A stretch of DNA of 64,000 bases from Glycera tridactyla (GCA_965644265.1 OZ286468.1:4030001-4094000), one strand, 5' to 3'. Shown: positions 36,916-48,990, counted from the stretch's first letter. Translations and numbers: made by a program. The notes: a model not told the origin generated them from the sequence alone.

Positions 36916-39572
36916 GTCATACACGTGCATTTCGTGAGTACTCAGTTCACATTTTGTAGTCAATGTAAATTCCCATCTGGATATAGCTCCTTGTTCAGTG
37001 ATGAGGTTGCAATGACAAATGGGATGGTCGGCGCAAAACTGATAGCACACTTCCTTTGTGAACCAGAGTGGTTGTTTGTTTGTTTGTTTGTTTGTTGAAG
37101 GCGAAAATTGATGAAATTCAGACACTCGGGGTGTCATTACTGTTATTTAAAATGTTGACCTTGGTGTTACCACGTGAACATGAGATTGATTCACATAGAT
37201 TCCACCAGGTCAGTTATTTTAGGCCATTGAGTTACACAGCGTACATATGACCAATTCACTGGCCCCGACTTGCTCACATCAGAGTTCATGACCCATGACT
37301 GGATAGCTGGTTGATGGTATCGGTGGCAGTGAAGGTAGACATGCCGATGATAGTGGCAGGATCGATGGTGGTGGTGGCGGTTAGTTTAATGTCCTTTCAA
37401 GCTCCCTGGGTCACGTCCGACTGAAAGTACTGAAGAAAATAGGCATAGATCAGGTTCAACATCTCGCCATGTGTGCTATAGTGCGACGCCCATGCAACAG
37501 GCATGGGTAGGATCATTCAAGACTTCTCCTGGGTCCCCAACAGAAGGTGAATAATTATGAAATTCACGGACACTCAAGGTGAACCTTGAAGGTTGTTCAC
37601 GTAAAAGTAGCTGACAGTTCAGACACACCTCTACCTATCTAACATGAACCCAATACATCTAACAATGGCATATCTATCTAAATGATTGGCTGGAAACAGA
37701 GGCTCAGGCCTGATAGCAATGCTTTTATCTAGAGCAAAGCCCATCACTCAAAACAAGAATAAGCTAGACATTGCAATCCCACACAATACCAGGTAGCCCG
37801 AGGTAGTTGAGAATTCCGTCGTATTGAGGGCATGGGAATATCATCTGCGATCCTGCCTTCTGGGTCCCTGTGACAGAAGGTGAAAGATACAAAATACATG
37901 ATTATGATGATTTCATTGAAGGCGCTTGGGTTTTCCACTAGGATATTTTATTCAGGCTGTCACTTCATCTCATTATCCTCATGCGTGTAACCTTGATCTT
38001 TAAAACCACCACCTTTTATGAAATACGAACACTGGCGTGATTCAATTTCCCCTTCCTAAAGAATGTTTCGTTGATTCGTGAAGGTGATACATACCTATCT
38101 AGAAATTTCGGACAAACACCGGAAGAATGATGCTAAACCCAGACCACTTCATTCCCAAACCCAGTGCATGCCGACTGGGATATCAAAGGCCGGCCGTGTG
38201 TATGGGAGTCTTTCCTGTATGCACGTTAAAGAACCTCTGCTGTCCTTCGCAAAGAGTAGGGACGGCCCCCGGCAGCGGTGCCTCCTTTCTTCAGCATTTT
38301 CAGTTCTTCAGTCCGATATAGCCAACGTGCTTGAAAGGACTTTAAACCCAAACAATCTATATAATTCCCAATGGCAAACCTCTGAGAAAATGTCCCGTGC
38401 CAATGTTTGTTTGTTTGTTGGTTTGACGACGACGAAGAGCAGGACAATACAATTGTCCTTATGACCATATAAAAATAAAAAGAGACATTATTGACAGGCA
38501 TTCAGAGAAGCAATGTGATTTTCGTCCATGGATGACGCTACACGGATACTTCCATTCTCTTGTCATATCTAGTATCAATGAATGTTGGTTGGTTCTGGTT
38601 TAACGTCACGTCAGCACAATCTGGGCTATATTGTGACGCCATCCAACGGGCATGGGTGGGATCTTCTAAGACTCCTCCTGGGTCCCAAACGGAATGTGAA
38701 CATTTATTAAATTCACAGACACTCAAGGTGCCATTTCTGCGATGCCCACTTAGTCACCTCTTACGACATGTAGGGAAACGTTGGGCCAATTCTCCCCTGG
38801 GCACCCGACTCGGCAGTTTCACTTGTGGGAAGAATGGAGTCAAAACAACGTAATACCTGACAAGGCTGAAGATGACAGATTACATTGAAGCGTGATAGGA
38901 ACAGTTGATAGAGGTATTTTTGGATTCAAAAAGAAATAATTTGACCAGGAAGTAAATATCCCGTGGCTGTTTTACATTTATGTGATATATGATCCATACT
39001 GATGCGAATTTGACATGATTAAATAGAAAACTACATTAACAGAATGCAACCATTACTTCCCGCGTGCAGTCGTGCGTGGGTTTCCATCATCAAATACCTG
39101 ACAGGTGCGCCACGTGTCCCGGATCTGTGGAATTTGATTTGATTTGCAAACTTTATTTTTAATCGTTAGTACGGTTGCATACATTCATAAAATTACAAAG
39201 GTACACTTTTCCAAGTAAACGATTAGAACATACATGAATTCTAGACTCGATACAGACATTATAGTGACATAATCATTAGACGTACAGGACAATACAGTGA
39301 TGATGAGGGTGATAATGAGGATGATATGAAGGAGGTAATAGAATATGAGTCATTGAATTTCACTATCAAAACAAGACTACATGCAGTTCTAATAAGATAG
39401 AAACTAATTCTCAGCGTCACGACAAGAACACAGCACTCAAGCAATTTCACATCTACAGTACAATGACATCAGAAGATAACATATGAATGTGTCAAATATG
39501 TATGATATAATTATAAGATCAAATACGAAATGAAAATCAAATACATCAGATTTCACTGGATTTGTGACGAAT

Positions 39573-42500
39573 TCAACGATTGTTGAGCCAAACTTTGAAC
39601 TGATCTCTTTCCATCATATAGAATCCTGGATGGTTACACACCTGCTTGTTCCAATTAACAGATGCTCGATATCGAAAGCTTCTTTCACTTATTTTGTATC
39701 TTATTTTATTCTGATTCAGAAATGGTTTGCCTCTAGATCTAGTAGCATGATCATGATTAGGGTGCTTGAAGGTACATAATTCACAGCATTTAAGATTTCC
39801 CAGTAATAACGTATTCACAAATAAGAGCTCATGATCAGTACGCCTTTCAATAAGTGTTTTAAATCCAAGCTCTTCATGAAGGGATGATACTCTCTACATT
39901 CTGGGTTTTCTGGATATAAATCTCAATGCCATGTTTTGTAATCTCTGCAAAATAGAGGCGTCTTTAAAAGACAAACAATTATAGATGATATCGGCATAGT
40001 CGAAGTTCGGTAAAATTAAGGTCTTGTAAAGCATAATACATGTATTCTCATCCAATATAGGCCGTAGTCTTCCTAGTACACCAATCCTGCCAAGAGACTT
40101 AGATTTAATATGTTGAACATGATGTTTGAACGTTAAGGCAGTATCCAGAATTACTCCAAGATACCGAATCTTTTCAACTCTTTCAATGACATGTGTCCCA
40201 GATATAATTGGATGATTTACAAATATTTTTAGCTTTGTAGGCATGCCGAGATACATGACTTTAGTTTTTTCAGTATTTAGAGACAGGCGGTTCTTTTTTA
40301 GCCAATGTATTACATGATACAACACATTTTCTAAACCATTTCTCAAAGCAACAGGGTCATTGGAGTGTACACTAATTTGAGTATCATCAGCATGAAGATA
40401 TGTGCCGATATTGCATGTGGTGCCCCTCAGGTACTCAGGTAAATCATTTATATAAATACTGAACAAAAGGGGGCCCAATGTCGAGCCCTGAGGGACACCA
40501 CAGCATATTGGTTTCTTAGATGACTGATGCTGTCCGACCTTTGTCTCACATACCCTTTCATTCAAATAACTATCAAGCCAATTTAAGGCACTCTCAGTAA
40601 GGCCAAGACGAGAAAGTTTGCGTAACAAGAGCGCATGGTCCACCGTGTCGAAAGCCTTCTTAAGATCCAGGAAGAGAGTTCCAGTAACTTCGTCATTTTC
40701 AACAGCACTGAACACATTGTCTAAATATTCAACTAGACACATATTTGTGGATGCTCCCCTCCTGAATCCAGACTGCTCCCGACACAGCAGACCCATGCGC
40801 TCCACATAATCATATAATTGATTATGTATTAGTTTTTCAAGTATTTTGCTCAAGATAGATGATAAACTAATTGGTTGATAGTTATTCACAGACGAGTGAG
40901 ATCCATCTTTATATAAAGGGATGATGGACGCAATTTTCCAGATACATGGAAATAACTCTTCACAAATGCTTCGATTAAAAATAACATGCAGAATTGGTCC
41001 AACAGTTTCAGCACAATTCTTGATAACAGCACTTGGTATACCATCATCACATCCCGATTTTTTTATATTTAAATTACCAATTTCTAACAACACATCATGA
41101 AGGCTTATTTCAGAGAAAGTGAAGTTTACAGGTATATTAGGAGGAAGACTGTCCAGAGGATCATCAGAGACAACCTCTATTTTATCCGACAGCTTTTTCC
41201 CAATAGAGGAGAAGTGGTTGTTCAAAAGTTCAGGAATTACTGCTGGGTCAGAACAGTTCTCAATCTTACTAATATCCCCAGAACTCTTGCCATCTCTCCA
41301 GAACTTACGTATTTCTTTCCTGATTTTCTTGGTATCATGAGCATGAAGGGTAAGTTTATCAGTTAGGTACTCGCGTTGTAACTTAATTTTTAGCTTTTTA
41401 ACTTTCTTGATCAGATTCTTTTTGACGTTCTCATTCTCTGAAGTAGGATTCACCCTGAATTTTTGGCTTGCAACTTCCCTTTCTCGGATCAAGTCAAGAA
41501 ATTCTCCTGATATCCAGTCTGGACAGTCCTCCCTCACCGTATACCTCCGTGGTGGTACATGTTTCTCAATTAAATTGGAAATTGCTGCAAAGATCTGGTT
41601 TGTGCACTGATTTAGATCTAATAAATTATTTGATAGAATATTCTTACATTCACTATTTTCAATATCTTTGGATAACGCTTTGAAATCAGCAGTTTTGAAA
41701 TTCCTAAAATAAACATATTTAGTTTTCTTAGACTGTTTAGCTTTTTTTCGAGTTGTGTAAATTAAGCAGTGATCTGAAAGACCCAAATCAAGTGCACCAC
41801 CAGATCTATATTGTTCATCATTGGACACAAAAATATGATCAATGCAGGTAGCGCTTTGTTGGTTTACTCTTGTAGGGGCAGTTACAAGCTGTGTCATTTG
41901 ATTATTTTCTGAAAACGATTTTATTAGTTGTTTGGTATATCCATTTTTCAGAGTATCAAGGTTTGTATCACCTAATACCAACAAATCACATGTTTCAGAG
42001 GCAGAAATATCTAAGATTTTATTTTCAATGATATCTAGAATTCCTCTCGAGCTACCATTGGGAGGTCGATAGAGGCCGCATATGTATGTTGGTCTGGTAT
42101 GGGGTAAGGATAATTTTATCCATACTATCTCCATATCCATGTTACATGCTGACCATTCAGTGATACATTCAACTTCCCTATTCTGAAATATATTGCCAGT
42201 CCTCCACCACCTCTGTTGCCACTCCCCCCATCCCTGTCATGTCTTATCAATTTATATCCGGTGACACTTAATTCCCCATCTGAAATTGAATTATTTAAAA
42301 ATGTTTCTCCAAGTATTAAAATATTTAGCTTACTGTTGAGTAATAACAATCGAATGTCATCAATTTTCCTTACTAAACTCCGGATATTCAAGTAACCCAC
42401 ACTTACTCCCTTCAATTTTCTAAGGTCTTTAGAGCACTCAATGTTCAACGAGATTCTTTGTTGATTATTATCACATTTCATATAATGGGAACTATCTATA

Positions 42501-42595
42501 CCTGCATTGTTCGCATTTAGGCGTCCATGCATTGTTGAACTACCTCCTGATGAATAGAATGGATGAATAAATGATGAATGATCAGATGATAACAT
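39573..42595 (-). pseudogene. LINE ORF2, APE endonuclease + reverse transcriptase
   Basis: APE motifs YLNIRSL, LGETFL, GYKLIRHDR, GGGLAIY, GLYRPP, LGDTN, CIDHIF and SDHC. RT motifs FLDLKKAFDTVDH, GVPQGSTLGPLLF, HADD and YLGV. One frameshift (~42140-42180) and an in-frame TAG at 39894-39896, after which the same frame continues to ...HATRSR...FRYRASVNWN... and stops at 39573. Confidence 0.93.
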
Positions 42596-43753
42596 GAAAG
42601 CTAACTAGGTTAGCGATTAGATCGACAATCAGGTACAATAATACAAATGAAACAAATAAAATTATTCCTGATTCTTTTCAGGTGTATTTTATTATCAAGA
42701 CAAAACAAATTAATAATAAAGATGAAAAATGAGTGTGATTGTAGACGTGATTACGGTTATTCCCCTCATCATAAAAGATGGGAGGGGACGGGGAGAGAGA
42801 GATATATCTATTTAAATTGACTGGGACAGAAAATGACAATTGGAGAAGACAACAAATATGAGATATCGAATCTATTATAGGACAATGTACGTTGAAGAAA
42901 TTACATATTTGATAGATAATATATTCCATTAAAATTGGGAACAATAAAAAGAATCATTCAGCTATTCACAAGATGACTTTGGAATGAGAGGCTTATCCCT
43001 CACTTCCCGTCAAGACCAGCTGGTGAATCTGCCGATTAATCCTTTAACATGATCTATGGATAGACTCATTCCAGTATATACCCAATATAGCTGTGATGTT
43101 CATGCCGCACAACGAGATGCCTTAAGAATGAGTGGTGTATTCCACACTTCCCTTCAGGACAATCTCAGTGATTGATATGAGTTCACAGTCAAGAGGGTAA
43201 TGATAATGAACATAGTATATGAGTTAAGAATCATATCTCTAAGCCAATAACCATAGAAGTCGGAATTTTCAGAATTTTAGAAGCATTTGTTTCGAAGTTT
43301 GATTAATTTATAATATCTCTAAGTGTCATGTACATACCCCATCAGATCATATGGAGAGTTATTAACTGTTCTTCAATACCCCCTAGCCTTTGTTCTTATG
43401 TCTGAAATCCTGAAACATTCACATGATAGCAAAATTATATATTAAACATGGGTTATCAACATCTGTTCAACATCAGTTAAGGAATTTCCATATTGTAAGA
43501 AATCAGATTATCCACATTGGGCTAGAGTCAAACCGGGATAAAAAAGACCAGAGAAGAGAAGAGAAGAGAAGAGAAGAGAAGAAAAGGAAAGAGACAGAGA
43601 CAGGGATCAGGTTACCATAGGTTACCAAATATTAATATGTATAGAAATTGACATCAGAAAATCAACACAGTTCTCTAACACAAATATCAATGTTATTTAC
43701 ATTCATGTCAACATATGTATTGAAAACTGTAGTGTTTAGGTGTTATTTACTCT

Positions 43754-44734
43754 TCAGAATTCACAGATGTCAGAAAGGATATCAACAATTAGCTTTTTTT
43801 CTTCAAACCGAGCTCTAGCAAGTGCACGGCGCTTGCGTGCCATCCAAGAATTTGATGGTAGAAAGGATGAAATAGACAAATATAGATCATTGTTTTCCTC
43901 AATCCAGAAATCAAGTGGTCCTCCCAACGCTTCCAGACCCAAAGCTTGATATCCCCTGTCATTTAAGTGTATCTCATCATATGAGACAAAACCAGGTATA
44001 ATATGACCATATGAACGTGGTTCATGCCTTTTAGGATTACATCCAGAGCGATACACACATGTTTCATGTACTCTATTTTGCATCACTTTATAAAGGCGTT
44101 GCACATGTATAAATTTTACAGTATTTGGTGTCATAGCATTGCATTCCCTCATCACAAATGAGTCTATACTAATCGCAGCCTGTAGAGATGCTTCTCCCCA
44201 AGCCGGTCTCCACAGGATCGGCACATAAAACAACTGTGCATTGGGAAAAAGCCCTCTAATTGTCCAGAGAGTAGAACGTATACTCACATATATCATATGT
44301 AAAAAATCTTGTTGGAACCTGGAGATGATTGCCCGTTCAATTCGAGGGTCTCTATGACTGATCCCAGAGATTGATTTGTGAAATATCCCTACATCATTAG
44401 ATCCTAGTATGATTATGATAATATCAGGGGTCATTTTAGAGTTGATTATCTTCCTGTAGGTATTCCCATTTCGAATTTTTCTGACATTGATTTTCATGTT
44501 TGGCGGTTTCACAAATTCACCTTGGAATTCTGAAGTAAAAGTACTCCACTTGGCCCCACTGATACCCCTGTATCGCCACTCAAACAAAAAATCACGTTGA
44601 TTTTCATCGGGGATGCCCTTGATATTTCGTCTCAATCGATTGACATGACTGGATCCCACGACCAAAACGTCAGGCTCGCCAATCACCTCAAGTTGTAACC
44701 GCCGCCTGTATAGGGGACACATGAAATTTGGCAC
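43754..44734 (-). CDS. SGNH/GDSL-family esterase-like protein (~320 aa), stand-alone ORF within the LINE
   Basis: Four SGNH blocks in order: VLVVGSSH (Ser), GISGA (Gly), ILGSND (Asn) and DEIHLN (Asp-x-x-His). The frame is intact. First ATG is at 44722; the track start at 44734 is GTG. Confidence 0.8.
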   Translation of the reverse strand: MPNFMCPLYRRRLQLEVIGEPDVLVVGSSHVNRLRRNIKGIPDENQRDFLFEWRYRGISGAKWSTFTSEFQGEFVKPPNMKINVRKIRNGNTYRKIINSKMTPDIIIIILGSNDVGIFHKSISGISHRDPRIERAIISRFQQDFLHMIYVSIRSTLWTIRGLFPNAQLFYVPILWRPAWGEASLQAAISIDSFVMRECNAMTPNTVKFIHVQRLYKVMQNRVHETCVYRSGCNPKRHEPRSYGHIIPGFVSYDEIHLNDRGYQALGLEALGGPLDFWIEENNDLYLSISSFLPSNSWMARKRRALARARFEEKKLIVDILSDICEF

Positions 44735-45129
44735 AGATAGTCGTTTGGAAGCCTCGCGATACTCTTCTTGTCTGGTTTTCTGTATAACATAATAAGCGAT
44801 AATTATTCATAGTGTATCGGAATTAGTTAGAATGCATACCACAAAATATTATCATGGTAAAGCTCAATACCAGCATTTAAGGATATTGTATTCTAACATG
44901 TGAAAAGAGGGGATTTCCCAATGTGCGGTATCACATAAATTGTCGGGACTCCCTAGGAGGGATATCCCATGACGTCACACAAGTAGATCGCAAAGTAGGT
45001 CATTTATACACGGATTTTGTACAGCTAAATATCACATTCCTATACAATTTACTGACCTCCGCAATGTCTGAAACATCGTTAGATAGTATCTTCATATCTG
45101 CGATATAGCGTAGTCGTTCCATCTTACAT

Positions 45130-47457
45130 TTAGACGGTCTCTAGCTGGTCAAATGCGTTAGAAGTAGCCACGCCACCCGACCCCGGCTTCTCCCAACTCG
45201 CCCTCGGTTTGAAGTTTCGTTTCGGTCGTACAAAAGGCTGCGCAGTCGATTTATCATTTGCTACTCCCTCTACCGGAGAATGGGCGTCTTTCGTTCGTAT
45301 ATTTGCGCTAGATGGCGGTTTACCGGTTGCGATATCAGGCTTCTCTTCGCGGGCGTTGCTGAATTTAGTGAGCCAGTTCTTAAGAAAATCATTTCCTCTA
45401 GGTTTTGGTTTCCCCACATCTTCTTCAACAACAGACCCTTCAAAGGTTGAATCCCTATCAGGAGGTTCTCCATTATCATCACTAATAGGGGTTCTGCCTC
45501 TACCCACCCCTTTGTTACTCCCTCTGCCTTTCCAGTACTGAGATCCCTTCCCTCCTCGTCCTCTCCTAGCAGGAGGTTCTTTTGTGGCATTTCCATCACT
45601 GGTATTCGGGGTGGAACATAAATCGATCAATCGAGACATGGAAAAAATGGGATGAACCTCGTTATTCTTGTCTTTGGAACAATAAACCTTACCAACCCTG
45701 GTCCAGACATTGTTTAATCTACCATTCAATTTAGATTCACGAGCTTTCTGAAAGATCAGGTGTTCTCTGGGGGTGAGTTGTTCACGAAAAAAGATTTCGG
45801 TCTTCTCCTTCTTATTATTTCTTATTAGAATTTCCTTACGGAAATTACCATGTGCAAACCTTATCTTGGTAGGTCTAGGTCTTCCATCTTTGCTGGCTGG
45901 TCCATATCTGGCAATCTGTATAATATCTTCTCTCACCAGATCCAACCCTGTCTTCTGATTGATCACTCGCAATGCTTGTTGTGTTAATGTCTCCTCTTTC
46001 ACAAAAGGCAAGCCATCAATTATTAGTACATTTAATCTGTCTGCCTTTTGGAGGAAATCGACGTCCTTCTCAAAGTTAGACATACGATCCTTGATAGACA
46101 GTATATCCTCAGTAAATTTTCTTAGACTCTCAATAGTCACTGTGTCTGATGTTGAACAGATATCGCGTGATTCAAGTTTATTTTTGATGCATTCCACAAG
46201 GTCTTTGATCTGTTTTTCATTGTCTTTGAAACGATCTTCATGAGCCTCAACAATTTTGGATAGGCCATCAATGTACTTCAAAACTGTGTCATACGATTCA
46301 CTATTGTCTTGTTTAGAGGTATTGACTGCCTCCTCAACATAGTTCTCAACATCATTCTGCCATTCTTCACGGAAGGCTTTCAAATCAGCATTTACTGTAG
46401 GCAGTACATATCCACTTAGATGTGATTCGCAAGTTTGTACCACAGCATCTCCCATAGCATCCTGTAAGTCCTCAAGTTTTTTGTCTGTCTCCTCATTGGC
46501 TGTCGTGATACGTAATTCCACAATATCTGGTACTACATTGTCCACGTAATCAACACATACTTCCTTAGCAATTGATTTAACAACATCCTGATGAGCATTG
46601 TGAGGAATGATTTCATCGGAAAGTTTCTTTTTAATCAGATTCCCCACGGATTTTTCAAACACAGATGATTTTATGAGTTGTTTGAGGCTTTCAGCAATCA
46701 AACCTTTAACTGCATTCGGTCTGTTGAGATCAGGTTCTATCACACTTTCGTCGACGAAGGTGTCGATTTCTTTCTCATCCTCATCCTCAATTGCCTCCTC
46801 TATATCCGAAACAGCATGTGGTAAGTCCGAGGTTCCTAGCTGTGTAGACATATGTACAGGTAAGTCATTGATTTCAGCATTCACCTCAGTTAATACTCTT
46901 CTAGATGAGGTTTCAGAGAAAGCTGTACTGGTAGTTGATATCTCAGTATGTAGCACAGCGGGATTGAGTATCACAGTTTGTGTTTCAGATTGTACGCATT
47001 GTTGCACATTCAGGTCAGCGCTACCACCGATTTCGAGTTGAGCAGTAAGGTCATCTATAGGGTCATCCACTTTAGTATCCTGGTTATGCATGTCACTGTC
47101 ATTCAAAATAGATGATTGTGTTCCAACAAGCAAGAGTGAACTATCACTCAATTCCAAGTTATCACATAAATCGTTGCTACTTTCACTATCCATGGTAATA
47201 AAAATATTATCCTCATTCTGCGTTGAAGATCCAATGTTATTATCCATGTTGGTATTACCAGACTCGTTTATCACTGTAGATTCGAGAAGTGAAGCGGAAC
47301 GTTCGCCACTTTGCTCAGCCAAGCGTTGCAGTTCGAATTTAGTAGTCGCACGTGTTTTCCTAGCAGTAATGTCAGCAAAAGTATTCTCGTATCCGGTTTT
47401 TGATTCGCAAACGTTCTGTGATGATTTCTTTTTCTTCTGGATCGACTTTGTCGCCAT
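45130..47457 (-). CDS. LINE ORF1p-like protein (775 aa): acidic N-terminus, coiled coil, L1-type RRM + CTD, basic RGG-like tail
   Basis: Heptad-like region at ~320-465, then NVLIIDGLP...RPRPTKIRF...FFREQLT...VWTRVGKVY, typical of L1-type ORF1p in CR1/L2-group elements. Intact ORF upstream of ORF2 on the same strand. Confidence 0.82.
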   Translation of the reverse strand: MATKSIQKKKKSSQNVCESKTGYENTFADITARKTRATTKFELQRLAEQSGERSASLLESTVINESGNTNMDNNIGSSTQNEDNIFITMDSESSNDLCDNLELSDSSLLLVGTQSSILNDSDMHNQDTKVDDPIDDLTAQLEIGGSADLNVQQCVQSETQTVILNPAVLHTEISTTSTAFSETSSRRVLTEVNAEINDLPVHMSTQLGTSDLPHAVSDIEEAIEDEDEKEIDTFVDESVIEPDLNRPNAVKGLIAESLKQLIKSSVFEKSVGNLIKKKLSDEIIPHNAHQDVVKSIAKEVCVDYVDNVVPDIVELRITTANEETDKKLEDLQDAMGDAVVQTCESHLSGYVLPTVNADLKAFREEWQNDVENYVEEAVNTSKQDNSESYDTVLKYIDGLSKIVEAHEDRFKDNEKQIKDLVECIKNKLESRDICSTSDTVTIESLRKFTEDILSIKDRMSNFEKDVDFLQKADRLNVLIIDGLPFVKEETLTQQALRVINQKTGLDLVREDIIQIARYGPASKDGRPRPTKIRFAHGNFRKEILIRNNKKEKTEIFFREQLTPREHLIFQKARESKLNGRLNNVWTRVGKVYCSKDKNNEVHPIFSMSRLIDLCSTPNTSDGNATKEPPARRGRGGKGSQYWKGRGSNKGVGRGRTPISDDNGEPPDRDSTFEGSVVEEDVGKPKPRGNDFLKNWLTKFSNAREEKPDIATGKPPSSANIRTKDAHSPVEGVANDKSTAQPFVRPKRNFKPRASWEKPGSGGVATSNAFDQLETV

Positions 47458-48020
47458 ATTACTCCACAGGACTCATATAATCTTCGAAAAATCCTCCCCA
47501 AACCGAAGCACGTCTACTGTTGTTTGCGCATGCTCAGTCGAACCTGGAGGCTCTATCCCCTGCAGGCACCACTCTCACAATCCCTAAACACAAGGTTGTT
47601 AAACAGCTCTGACACATATATACCTGTCTAATACGAACATGAATCTAGGGATGGTAAAGCTAACTGTAACTGGCAGGAAGATGATGCTCAAGCCAGATAG
47701 GAATGCCTTCATTTTGAGTAAAGCGTAGTACCTTAAACGAGGGAAGGTGTTATATTCGGAGGATACTTAACCAATTAGTTCATTTATAAATGTTAACCTT
47801 CCAACCAGCTTTATATATCACATAATTCAACGAGGAATACATCCCTCTGGAGGTAAATACCATGTGGCTGTTTCACATCTGTGAGATATCATAACATTAT
47901 ATTATTTGCGCGATACCGTGAGGCCCACGCGATGGGCATGGGTGTGTTCATTCAACAATAATATGAAATTGGGATGTTGGTTGATTGGTTACGGTTCAAT
48001 GACACGTCGGTGACATTTCT

Positions 48021-48990
48021 GCTAGATTGTGACGCCCATGCAATAGACATGGCTGGGATGATTAGATCACGATGCCCATGCAATAGGCATGGTTGAGATG
48101 ATTAGATTGTGATGCCCATGCAATTGGCATGGTTGAGATGATCAGATTGTGATGCCCATGCAATAGGCATGGTTGAGATGATTAAATTGTGATGTCCATA
48201 CAAAAGGCATGATTGAGATGATCAGATTGTGATACCCATGCAATAGGCATGGTTGAGATTATTAAATTGTGATGCCCATGCAATAGGCATGGTTGAGATA
48301 ATTAGATTGTGATGCCCATGCAATAGGCATGGTTGAGATAATTAGATTGTGATGCCCATGCAATAGGCATGGTTGAGATAATTAGATTGTGATGCCCATG
48401 CAATAGGCATGGTTGAGATGATTAGATTGTGATGCCCATGCAATTGGCATGGTTGAGATGATCAGATTGTGATGCCCATGCAATAGGCATGGTTGAGATG
48501 ATTAAATTGTGATGTCCATACAAAAGGCATGATTGAGATGATCAGATTGTGATACCCATGCAATAGGCATGGTTGAGATAATTAGATTGTGATGCCCATG
48601 CAATAGGCATGGTTGAGATTATTAGATTGTGATGCCCATGCAATAGGCATGGTTGAGATAATTAGATTGTGATGCCCATGCAATAGGCATGGTTGAGATT
48701 TGTTTGTTTGTTTTGTTGGGGGTTTAACGTCACGTCAGCTCCATCTGGGCTATATTGTGACGCCCATGCAATGGGCATGGGTGGGATCATTCAAGACTCC
48801 TCCTTCTGGATCCCCAACAGAAGGCGAAAATTTATGAAATTCACAGACACTCAAGGTGTCATTTCTGTTACCATGGTTGAGATGATTAGATTGTGATGCC
48901 CAAGCAATAGGCATCGTTGAGATGGTTAGATTGTGACGCCCATGCAATAGGCATGGTCGAGATGGTTAGATTGTGACGTCCATGCAATAT
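48021..48990. repeat. 40-bp tandem satellite with a higher-order repeat, interrupted by a SINE-like insert
   Basis: Unit ATTAGATTGTGATGCCCATGCAATAGGCATGGTTGAGAT(G/A/T). A four-unit variant block at 48101-48260 recurs at 48421-48580. Confidence 0.93.
48700..48871 (-). mobile_element. Family A SINE-like copy with a 12-bp TSD
   Basis: CATGGTTGAGAT at 48688-48699 and 48872-48883 flanks the insert. The (TTTG)n tail is at the left end. Confidence 0.82.

Larger units (their letters stand above)
39131..47537 (-). mobile_element. Apparently full-length CR1/L2-group LINE with three ORFs (~8.4 kb)
   Basis: Minus-strand order is short 5' UTR with GAGCATGCGC, ORF1, SGNH ORF, APE-RT ORF2, ~430-bp 3' UTR, then AATAAA (39152-39157) and an (AAATC)n tail (39131-39146). 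No TSD was found, and the 5' boundary is approximate. Confidence 0.78.

Noticed and set aside
42678-42944. 88-aa hydrophobic ORF in the LINE spacer as a fourth gene
   Set aside because: AT-rich, short and without a recognisable motif, so it is compatible with chance.
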